In this document: in pieces, positions 1 to 7,057 of the stretch
Position numbering within the stretch: the stretch's first letter is position 1
Layout: each line of letters starts with the position of its first letter
NCBI GenBank assembly: GCA_021786105.1
Contig: JAJYNW010000015.1
Location: forward strand, 1 to 64,000
DNA length: 64,000 bases
From: a bacterium
Lineage (GTDB): Bacteria > Patescibacteriota > Microgenomatia > Daviesbacterales > UBA10151
Reading direction: 5' to 3'
Notes under the pieces: model-generated
What the model was told of the DNA's origin: nothing
Databases searched by the model: none
Seen by the model: only the letters and a program-made list of their open reading frames with translations
Program-made: the position numbers and the translations under genes

Positions 1-111
1 TTAAACGGCACTTTATTTTCCGACCGGGTATTGGAACAAAAGGGTAAATTTTATAAGTACACCGGCAAAGACGAAACCGGCACGGATATTTTTGAAGAAG
101 TGACAATTTGA
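1..111 (+). CDS. def: peptide deformylase, C-terminal fragment (partial)
   Basis: Frame 1 reads LNGTLFSDRVLEQKGK...EEVTI*, matching the tail after the HExDH motif; lies directly upstream of fmt. Confidence 0.75.
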   Translation, partial: LNGTLFSDRVLEQKGKFYKYTGKDETGTDIFEEVTI

Positions 112-113
112 GC

Positions 114-815
114 ATGATAAAAATTTTTTTCCTGGGCACCCCAAATTTTGTTCAACCCATTAAAGACCAGTTAGCCAAACATTTTACCTTGGTTGATTCA
201 GCCAAAGAAGCAGATTTAGGCGTGGTGGCGGCCCATGGCAAAATCCTCCCCAAAGAGGAACTACAGACCCCAAAACATGGTTTTATCAATATCCATCCCT
301 CACTTCTACCCAAATACCGCGGCCCCTCACCCATTCAATCTGCCATACTAAACGGCGACCAAATTTCCAGCATCTCCATTATTAAAATGGACGAAGAAGT
401 AGACCACGGCCCGATTCTATATCAGGAAAAAATGGCACTTTCGGGTATAGATACTTTTGATACTTTGAGTAAAAAAATGTTTCAGCGGGCAGCGGAAGTT
501 TTGCCAAAAATAATAGAAGACTTTATCGCCGGAAAAATTAAACCCACCGAGCAGAATCACGCTGAGGCCATTTTTTGCAGTCTGTTAACCCGAGATAGCG
601 GCTATTTTGATATTAACAATCCGCCTGATCCCAAAACTTTAGACCGGATGATCCGGGCTTACTACCCCTGGCCGGGAGTCTGGACTAAATGGAAAGGCAA
701 AATAGTGAAGTTTTATCCTGAGGAAAAAATCCAAATGGAAGGAAAAAAGGTTTTAACTCTGCGGGATTTTTTAAACGGCTACCCTGATTTTCCGATTACT
801 TCACTGTCACGGTAA
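114..815 (+). CDS. fmt: methionyl-tRNA formyltransferase (compact)
   Basis: FLGTP, INIHPSLLPKYRGPSPIQ, MDEEVDHGPI and IRAYYPWPG motifs; ATG at 114 follows the def stop. Confidence 0.92.
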   Translation: MIKIFFLGTPNFVQPIKDQLAKHFTLVDSAKEADLGVVAAHGKILPKEELQTPKHGFINIHPSLLPKYRGPSPIQSAILNGDQISSISIIKMDEEVDHGPILYQEKMALSGIDTFDTLSKKMFQRAAEVLPKIIEDFIAGKIKPTEQNHAEAIFCSLLTRDSGYFDINNPPDPKTLDRMIRAYYPWPGVWTKWKGKIVKFYPEEKIQMEGKKVLTLRDFLNGYPDFPITSLSR

Positions 816-1671
816 CATCATTGGAATAAGTGGTCACCCCTTGCCCGCTTTTGTATACTCCCACCCGAAAATGCAGAGTTTGCCCAGACGGCAATTCATT
901 CCAGGTATAACTTCTTAAGTTATTACTATCATTATAATTCCAATGGTCTTCCGGGTAAGTCGGGTTCTCGTGATCGGCCCAAACTTCTTTAAATCCGTTT
1001 ATCGGCTCGCCGTTTAAAGTCCAGTTTAGCTTGACTTTGCCTGGCTCATCCGAGGTTGCCGAAAGAGATAAACTGGTATTCGAGCTACCGGAACTATGGT
1101 CGTCTCCACCCTGCGGAGTAGCTGTTACATCATTAGAATAAACACTCACTTTACCGTCAGTACCATAAACTCCTACCCGGAAATGATAAGTTTTACCGCC
1201 GGTTAAACCGCCTATCTCATGAGCTCTGTCGGAGGCATTTTTATAAATACAAGTATCCGCCGGATAAGAAGGATTTTCGCGCTCAGCAAAACACGCCTTA
1301 AAACCATTAGACGAATCTCCGGTCCATTTCATCATCGCCCCGCCTGACCGGCCTTCCACCGTTAATTTCAAAGAGCTGCTGGAAACAGGTGCAGCACTTT
1401 CCTTAATCACTGGTTTAGGTGTGGCGGAGGGAGACGGAGAAGGACTTTGTTTGAGCGCTACATTATTCTCTTTAAGAATTGATACCTCCTGTAATCCAGA
1501 TTCAACAGATGCGGAAGAAGATGCCACTTCAATTGGTTTTGCAGGTCCGGTGGAACCAGATAGAAAACTCAGTTTATTGGCCACAATAAGATACGTTCCT
1601 AACGCGGATAACGCCATCAAAACTATTATCAACGGAATAATCACTAAAGCAGAACCTGCTTGCCGGTGCAT
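796..1671 (-). CDS. membrane-anchored protein with two fibronectin type III-like repeats
   Basis: N-terminal TM, S/P-rich linker, two repeats of W...GFK...ENP(S/T)YP.D...L..G.T.HFRVGVY...YSNDVT. Confidence 0.7.
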   Translation of the reverse strand: MHRQAGSALVIIPLIIVLMALSALGTYLIVANKLSFLSGSTGPAKPIEVASSSASVESGLQEVSILKENNVALKQSPSPSPSATPKPVIKESAAPVSSSSLKLTVEGRSGGAMMKWTGDSSNGFKACFAERENPSYPADTCIYKNASDRAHEIGGLTGGKTYHFRVGVYGTDGKVSVYSNDVTATPQGGDDHSSGSSNTSLSLSATSDEPGKVKLNWTLNGEPINGFKEVWADHENPTYPEDHWNYNDSNNLRSYTWNELPSGQTLHFRVGVYKSGQGVTTYSNDVTVTVK

Positions 1672-1740
1672 ATAATAACCATGACAAAAACAGGCTAATT
1701 TTGCAAGTCTTGACTATATAGAAAAAGATCAGTGAAGAAA

Positions 1741-1980
1741 TTAAGCGGCGGCAGCTTGTGGTTGTTCAGACGGTTTTTGCGGCTGGACTGAAGTTTTAAC
1801 AATCCTTAAACACTTAGTGCAGTATTTTTTACCCTTATATATATGAAGATTTGGTTTTTGGGCTCTTTTATGAATTGGTGCCCGCAAAGCCCAGGTTCCA
1901 CCCGCCCCGGATGAACCTTTCTTGTGCCGGGAAAACGCCACGATATTCTTACCTTTTCCACACCTATTACACGCTAACAT
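1741..1980 (-). CDS. rpmB: 50S ribosomal protein L28 (zinc-binding type)
   Basis: CNRCGK...SRH...KR.QKPNLH...CTKCLR pattern of bL28. Confidence 0.8.
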   Translation of the reverse strand: MLACNRCGKGKNIVAFSRHKKGSSGAGGTWALRAPIHKRAQKPNLHIYKGKKYCTKCLRIVKTSVQPQKPSEQPQAAAA

Positions 1981-2000
1981 GTGGTAAACTATAGCATAAT

Positions 2001-2085
2001 TAGTGTCTAGAGTCGAGAGTCAAGAATCTAGACAAGAAGACAAAGAAAACACTAGTCTCTAAATTCTAGCGACTAGTCACTAACT
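2001..2085. repeat. 7-nt-periodic imperfect palindrome (CTAG/GACTAGTC family)
   Basis: TAGTGTCTAGAGTCGAGAGTCAAGAATCTAG...CTAGTCTCTAAATTCTAGCGACTAGTCACTAACT; 2069-2089 is identical to the reverse complement of 42149-42169. Confidence 0.8.
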
Positions 2086-2721
2086 ATGCCAGAATTATTT
2101 GCCTTATCTATTATTATCCTGCTATTTTCCGTCATCATTCACGAAGTCATGCACGGGATTGTAGCCTTAAAATTCGGCGATCACACTGCCGAACGGGCCG
2201 GCCGCCTGACCCTAAACCCCCTGCCGCACATCGACCTATTTGGCACCATCCTGTTACCGGGACTCTTAATTTTAACCGGTTCCCCTATTCTTTTTGGGTG
2301 GGCCAAACCAGTTCCGGTTAATCCTTTAAATTTTTCCAATTTACGAAGAGGGGAATTGTTTGTGGCCACCGCCGGAATTTTGGCTAATTTCGGGCTAGCC
2401 ATTGCCGCCGCCATCATCTTTCATATTCTTAACGCTTTGCCGCAAAACTTCCCCGCTTTAATAGGGGCGCTGCTCCGCTTTACGGTTTTAATCAATCTGG
2501 TTTTGGGAATTTTTAATCTCTTCCCCATCCCGCCTTTGGATGGATCTAAAATCCTCTTATCTCAATTACCCTACAATTTGGCCAAATCCTACCAACGGAT
2601 TGAACCTTACGGCTTTTTAATATTACTAATTTTACTGATGATCCCGATTGGCGGCACCTCACTATTACAAGGCGTTTTGGGATTTTTGGTGGGCTTATTC
2701 TCCCGGCTACTTGGGTTTTAA
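2086..2721 (+). CDS. site-2 protease family (M50) zinc metalloprotease
   Basis: HEVMH, LTLNPLPHID, FGWAKPVPVNP and FNLFPIPPLDG motifs; multiple TMs. Confidence 0.92.
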   Translation: MPELFALSIIILLFSVIIHEVMHGIVALKFGDHTAERAGRLTLNPLPHIDLFGTILLPGLLILTGSPILFGWAKPVPVNPLNFSNLRRGELFVATAGILANFGLAIAAAIIFHILNALPQNFPALIGALLRFTVLINLVLGIFNLFPIPPLDGSKILLSQLPYNLAKSYQRIEPYGFLILLILLMIPIGGTSLLQGVLGFLVGLFSRLLGF

Positions 2722-2781
2722 GATGCTTTCTTTAAATAATAGACATCTTTCTTCAAAGCGATTAGCTTTTAAAAGGATGTT

Positions 2782-3615
2782 TCATTTTTCCAAATAGTAA
2801 ACATCCTTTTTGTATGCATGATCTGAAAACATAAACTCCCCTTCGCCATCCAAGATGGCCTGGTAATCCCGGCAGTCCCGGCACAATTCATCACCATTTT
2901 TACAAACCCAGTTATTGACCTCCCAGGCCGATTTCACCTCTCTGGCTTTTTCTACCAGCCAGTCTAAAGTCTTATCTAAAGGATCTAATACCACCTCCTT
3001 TGGTTCGACATCACGATCCAAATACCAAAAGCTCAATTTTGCAACTTTCCTACCGTAATAATTTTCCGCCAAAATAGCATAAATATACAGCTGAAGTGGT
3101 GATTCCTCATCCTTAGTCCCGGTTTTAAAGTCAATAACGTGCAGGCTGCCGTCCGGCAGTTTCCCCACAAAATCCAAATTGCCGGTTAAAATCACATTTT
3201 CGGTTAAATGATATTTAGGAAACTTAGCCGGCTCGACAATTTTTTCCAGTTTTTTCCAGTTTTTTGAAAAATTCTCCAGCATTTTTAAGCCCCGCTGACC
3301 AAAAATCTTCTCTTCTTCCTTGGAGGTAAAACCGCCACGCTTACCGTGATACTTCCACCAAAAATTGCGGAATTGCTCGTTGAGCTGTAATAGCGAAGGT
3401 TTGTCCTGGTTTTCCAGAAACCACTCGATGACATCATGAACCACCGCTCCTAAACTGATATAAGGGGAGGCCACCTGAATTCGGTAGTTAGTTTGCGGAT
3501 TTCGGTAAATATTCCGCAAGTAATAAGAGCGGGGACACTTTAAAAAATCGCCTAAGCTGGTATGGGATAGAAAAATTGCATTCTTAACAAACCTCTGTGC
3601 AGACGGCGGAATCAC
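2782..3615 (-). CDS. PD-(D/E)XK nuclease (RecB/AddB-like, possible Fe-S staple)
   Basis: LSHTSL.DFLKCPR, G.LD, VIDFKTG, QL.IY motifs; C-terminal C..C..C. Confidence 0.8.
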   Translation of the reverse strand: MIPPSAQRFVKNAIFLSHTSLGDFLKCPRSYYLRNIYRNPQTNYRIQVASPYISLGAVVHDVIEWFLENQDKPSLLQLNEQFRNFWWKYHGKRGGFTSKEEEKIFGQRGLKMLENFSKNWKKLEKIVEPAKFPKYHLTENVILTGNLDFVGKLPDGSLHVIDFKTGTKDEESPLQLYIYAILAENYYGRKVAKLSFWYLDRDVEPKEVVLDPLDKTLDWLVEKAREVKSAWEVNNWVCKNGDELCRDCRDYQAILDGEGEFMFSDHAYKKDVYYLEK

Positions 3616-3684
3616 CCCTCTAACTTACGCCTCAAAATAACCCGTAGACAAGATAGCTTAACTGGCACAAAGAGGATCAAAAGT

Positions 3685-4599
3685 TTAAAGAGGCATATTT
3701 AAAAGTTCGTTTAGAAATGCTGAATTTGATCTTCTCGTTCTCTTGGCGCTAACCCCCGCGACTCCGTTTCTCGGTATTAGCTCGCCCAAAAGCATTTGCT
3801 CCAAAATCATCAAGGATTTTTCTTCAATCTGACGCACCCTTTCTCTAGTCACACCATATTCCGCAGCCACCTCTTCTAGCACTATTGAGTGTCTTCCCCA
3901 GCTATATAAAGCGATCATAATTTGGTAATTACGGCTTGGCAAATATCCGAACAGGTTGGCCTCGCTTGCTAACTCCACCAAACTTTCTCTTTCTCTGATC
4001 GCTTTCCAACTTAAGGTCGTCAATTTTTTTGCTTTGCCGCCAGTTTGCATCCCAGCTTCTGCAGCTTTTTTTCTTCTAGTTTCAGCGCTTTTACGATATT
4101 GTTCTGCTGCTTCATCAGGGTGATCCTCAATCCACTTCTTCCTACTTTTGCTTCTTAATTCCTCTGATTCCGGAGTGTGCATCAAAGCTAGTCTAGCGGC
4201 TTTTTTATCTTCACTCCAACCTCTTAAACATCCATCGCGATGGCGCTTTTTAAACCCCTCATCTTTCCATCTCTCAGCATATGTATCGCTTATCTCTTCT
4301 ACTGACATTTTTCTTCTCGAATAGGGTCTTTTCCCGGCATTAGGTGCTACCTCAAGCTTCGCAATCTGCAACCACTTAGAAGCAGTTTCTGTCCGCACAT
4401 TCAATGCACCAGCAATAGCTCTACGACTAAAACCTCGAGCGCATAAACCACTCATTAAACCGTATAGCGACTGGCCTTCTGGAAGCTGTGCTTCTGCATA
4501 CCTCATCCCCTCAGTCATTTCAAAAACAGGGGGAGTTACTGATATCAAACCGGGTCGAGCATCCTTTTTGCCTATTTTCGTCTCGTTTTCTAAAGTCAT
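3685..4599 (-). CDS. hypothetical DNA-binding protein with N-terminal HTH and C-terminal sigma-70 region 4
   Basis: SRRAIAGALNVRTETASKW HTH; LEEVAAEYGVTRERVRQIE sigma region 4 motif. Confidence 0.65.
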   Translation of the reverse strand: MTLENETKIGKKDARPGLISVTPPVFEMTEGMRYAEAQLPEGQSLYGLMSGLCARGFSRRAIAGALNVRTETASKWLQIAKLEVAPNAGKRPYSRRKMSVEEISDTYAERWKDEGFKKRHRDGCLRGWSEDKKAARLALMHTPESEELRSKSRKKWIEDHPDEAAEQYRKSAETRRKKAAEAGMQTGGKAKKLTTLSWKAIRERESLVELASEANLFGYLPSRNYQIMIALYSWGRHSIVLEEVAAEYGVTRERVRQIEEKSLMILEQMLLGELIPRNGVAGVSAKRTRRSNSAFLNELLNMPL

Positions 4600-4686
4600 A
4601 ATTTAGCTTTATTATACTATTTTCCAGGTTAAATTACAACTATAGGGTATATATTTACAGTTAGCCTTTCTGCCTTAGATAAGCTC

Positions 4687-4730
4687 ATGATTATCTTGGG
4701 CATTGAATCTAGCTGTGATGAAACTGCAGC
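4687..4730 (+). repeat. 44-bp duplicate of the tsaD 5' end (left direct repeat of TA cassette)
   Basis: ATGATTATCTTGGGCATTGAATCTAGCTGTGATGAAACTGCAGC matches 5433-5476 at 42/44, both differences synonymous. Confidence 0.9.
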
Positions 4731-4755
4731 GTTTAATATTACCAGAATGGAGTTT

Positions 4756-4790
4756 TTGTCAGTACATTGTCAGTACAATTGTGATATAAT
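4756..4790 (+). promoter_or_regulatory. TA promoter: tandem TTGTCAGTACA repeat (candidate operator) plus extended -10
   Basis: TTGTCAGTACA at 4756-4766 and 4767-4777; TGATATAAT at 4782-4790, 6 nt before the ATG. Confidence 0.6.
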
Positions 4791-4796
4791 TAAATC

Positions 4797-5033
4797 ATGG
4801 GAAAAGTATTTAAAAACGGCAATTCCTTAGCTGTCACAATCCCCAAGACTTACGCCCACCAGTTATCCATCAATGCAGGCTCCGAAGTGGAGTGGGAAAA
4901 GACAAGCCAGGGATTAACTTTAATACCTCAAAAGAAAATTCGCAAAGCCGGGGTAGATCCAAAGTTTGTTAAAATGGTAGATGAGTTTATTGACGAGCAC
5001 GAAGATGTGCTCCGAGAACTCTCAAAAAGGTGA
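4797..5033 (+). CDS. AbrB/MazE-family antitoxin
   Basis: KVFKNGNSLAVTIPK...L.I..G.EVEW swapped-hairpin motif; GTGA overlap with the toxin. Confidence 0.85.
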   Translation: MGKVFKNGNSLAVTIPKTYAHQLSINAGSEVEWEKTSQGLTLIPQKKIRKAGVDPKFVKMVDEFIDEHEDVLRELSKR

Positions 5034-5452
5034 CTGCTAGCAAAACTGTATTCTTAACTATAAATCAAGTGCTTTTTGTCCACGATCAAATGGTCAAAAG
5101 ATTTGGTGGCTCACATGGTATCCGTGATGTCGGACTTATTGAATCAGCGGTAGCAAGACCACAAGCTACTTTTGGAGGTAAATATCTTTATACCTCTATC
5201 TTTGATAAAGCTGCATCATTACTTCAGTCTTTACTTAAAAACCATCCATTTGTAGATGGAAATAAACGCACGGCTCTAACCTCTGCTGGTCTGTTTTTAT
5301 GGAAAAATGGTTACAAACTTAATAATAAACACAAAGAAGAAGTAGAATTTGCAGTTAGGGTAGACAACGGAAATTTAACTGTTGAACAAATCTCCCAATG
5401 GCTCCAGAAGCATTCTGTTAAAATATCCTCATATGATTATCTTAGGAATTGA
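5030..5452 (+). CDS. doc: Fic/Doc family (death-on-curing) toxin
   Basis: GIRD.GLIESAVARP and NHPFVDGNKRTA motifs. Confidence 0.9.
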   Translation: MTASKTVFLTINQVLFVHDQMVKRFGGSHGIRDVGLIESAVARPQATFGGKYLYTSIFDKAASLLQSLLKNHPFVDGNKRTALTSAGLFLWKNGYKLNNKHKEEVEFAVRVDNGNLTVEQISQWLQKHSVKISSYDYLRN

Positions 5453-6584
5453 ATCTAGCTGTGATGAAACTGCAGCCGCCATAGTGCAAAAGTCTAGGAA
5501 TGGGGTAAAAATTTTATCCAATGTGGTGGCATCGTCAGCTCAACTACAATCTAAATACGGAGGTGTAATTCCGGAACAAGCCGCCCGGGAACAGCTAAAA
5601 ACCATCATCCAGGTTATCGAAGAAGCGCTTTCCCAAGCTAATTTAATCAGTCATCCCGAACTAGTTTCGGAATCTAAAAAGATGCTAAACATTGACGCTA
5701 TTGCTGCCACCTATGGTCCGGGTTTAATCGGTTCGCTTCTTGTTGGCGTTGAAACTGCCAAAGTTTTAGCCACAATTTGGGACAAACCGCTAATTCCGGT
5801 AAACCACCTGATCGGTCATTTTTACGCCAATTGGATCAGCTCCTCCCAGCCAAAATTCCCCTGCATTGGCTTGTTAGTTTCCGGCGGTCACACCGACTTG
5901 GTACTTTTTGAAAATCACGGAAAATATAAATACCTAGGCGGCACCCGGGATGATGCTGCTGGTGAAGCTTTTGATAAAACCGCCCGCCTCTTGGGTTTGC
6001 CTTATCCTGGCGGCCCGGCCATCGCTAAACTCGCCAAATCCGGCAACCCTAATGCTTTTGACTTACCCCGCCCCATGATTGATTCGAAGGATTTTGACTT
6101 TTCCTTTTCCGGCTTAAAAACTGCCGTAGCAAACCTGCTAAAAAATGAGGGTGTGCAGTCTCCGAAGGCCGCGAACTCTAGACGAGCGAAGCGAGCGTAT
6201 CCAAGTCCCGCCAAAGGCGGGACGCAAGACGCTTGCGTTAGTGGGCAAGTTAGCGGGACTGCCGACCGAAATACTCTTCCAGATCTTTGTGCCTCCATTG
6301 AACAGGCTATCAGCGATGTATTGGTAACAAAGACTATTAGGGCCGCCCAAACCTTTAATATCGATCAAATTATGGTTGCAGGTGGCGTGGCAGCAAATCA
6401 GAAGTTGATTTTTGATTTGAAATTAAAAATTGAAAATTTAAAATTAAAAATTAATTTGCATGTGCCTCCTCCTGAACTTTGCACTGACAACGCCGCCATG
6501 ATTGCCTCAGCCGGCTTTTTTAATTATCAACCAGTAGATACTTCTACTATCCAAGCTAACCCTAATCTTTCATTAACTCATTGA
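5433..6584 (+). CDS. tsaD: tRNA N6-adenosine threonylcarbamoyltransferase TsaD
   Basis: ILGIESSCDETAAA, GPGLIGSL, NHL.GH, SGGHT, TRDDAAGEAFDK, FSFSGLKT, CTDNAAMI motifs; true start ATG 5433; carries repeat-derived insertions. Confidence 0.95.
   Translation: MIILGIESSCDETAAAIVQKSRNGVKILSNVVASSAQLQSKYGGVIPEQAAREQLKTIIQVIEEALSQANLISHPELVSESKKMLNIDAIAATYGPGLIGSLLVGVETAKVLATIWDKPLIPVNHLIGHFYANWISSSQPKFPCIGLLVSGGHTDLVLFENHGKYKYLGGTRDDAAGEAFDKTARLLGLPYPGGPAIAKLAKSGNPNAFDLPRPMIDSKDFDFSFSGLKTAVANLLKNEGVQSPKAANSRRAKRAYPSPAKGGTQDACVSGQVSGTADRNTLPDLCASIEQAISDVLVTKTIRAAQTFNIDQIMVAGGVAANQKLIFDLKLKIENLKLKINLHVPPPELCTDNAAMIASAGFFNYQPVDTSTIQANPNLSLTH
5650..5690. repeat. in-frame REP/RPE-like palindrome remnant inside tsaD
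   Basis: GTCATCCCGAACTAGTTTCGGAATCT...GATGCT, translated as SHPELVSESKKML. Confidence 0.6.
6150..6265. repeat. in-frame nested palindromic element inside tsaD
   Basis: GCAGTC(6155)/GACTGC(6257) outer arms, CGAGCGAAGCGAG motif, GTCCCGCC-AAA-GGCGGGAC hairpin; about 40 extra residues in the protein. Confidence 0.75.
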
Positions 6585-6609
6585 CAATAAAAAGCTTACA
6601 CTCTAGAAT
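6581..6609 (+). promoter_or_regulatory. sigma-70 promoter
   Basis: TTGACA(6581)-17 bp-TAGAAT(6604). Confidence 0.65.
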
Positions 6610-6619
6610 CAATAACTTT

Positions 6620-6997
6620 ATGGGCAATCATCCGGAGACATTAGTATATTGCGATCATCCAAGCGTACTTGAACAGACCGCAAGAGGAGTTCGCAATCCT
6701 AAACCAGGGTCTATTATTGTTCTAAAAGCTCAAAGCATGCGTAACCGCCAAATTAAGGTTCTTCACATCCAAAACGGCGAAAAGATACAAGATTTTCCCC
6801 TTACTCATTTACGTTATCTTGTTTACAAATTAAATGAGGGAGTAATCAGGTTCTGTTTTTCTGATAATCCGAATCTATCAGGTAATGAAGCGAATCTTTC
6901 AACTGCAACTTTTTCCATTGATAAAATCCAAAGCGCCTATTATTCTTCTACCACTGGCCAAATACGTCCCCTACACTTCCTAAGCGACGTACATTAA
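6620..6997 (+). CDS. hypothetical protein
   Basis: ORF downstream of a consensus promoter; ATG 6620 preferred over TTG 6581. Confidence 0.55.
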   Translation: MGNHPETLVYCDHPSVLEQTARGVRNPKPGSIIVLKAQSMRNRQIKVLHIQNGEKIQDFPLTHLRYLVYKLNEGVIRFCFSDNPNLSGNEANLSTATFSIDKIQSAYYSSTTGQIRPLHFLSDVH

Positions 6998-7022
6998 CTA
7001 AGAACATCAACTATATATTAAA

Positions 7023-7051
7023 TTGACCTCTGTTAAACTTCCATTTATACT
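7023..7051 (+). promoter_or_regulatory. leaderless-type sigma-70 promoter of valS
   Basis: TTGACC(7023)-17 bp-TATACT(7046), ATG 6 nt later. Confidence 0.65.
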
Positions 7052-7057
7052 TACTCC

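Noticed and set aside
2782-3615. Cas4 / CRISPR system
   Set aside because: No cas1/cas2 and no repeat-spacer array seen anywhere in the window; the protein fits a stand-alone PD-(D/E)XK nuclease
5382-5432. Upstream extension of tsaD in the ORF track
   Set aside because: The conserved MIILGIESS start and the duplicated 44-bp segment both begin at ATG 5433
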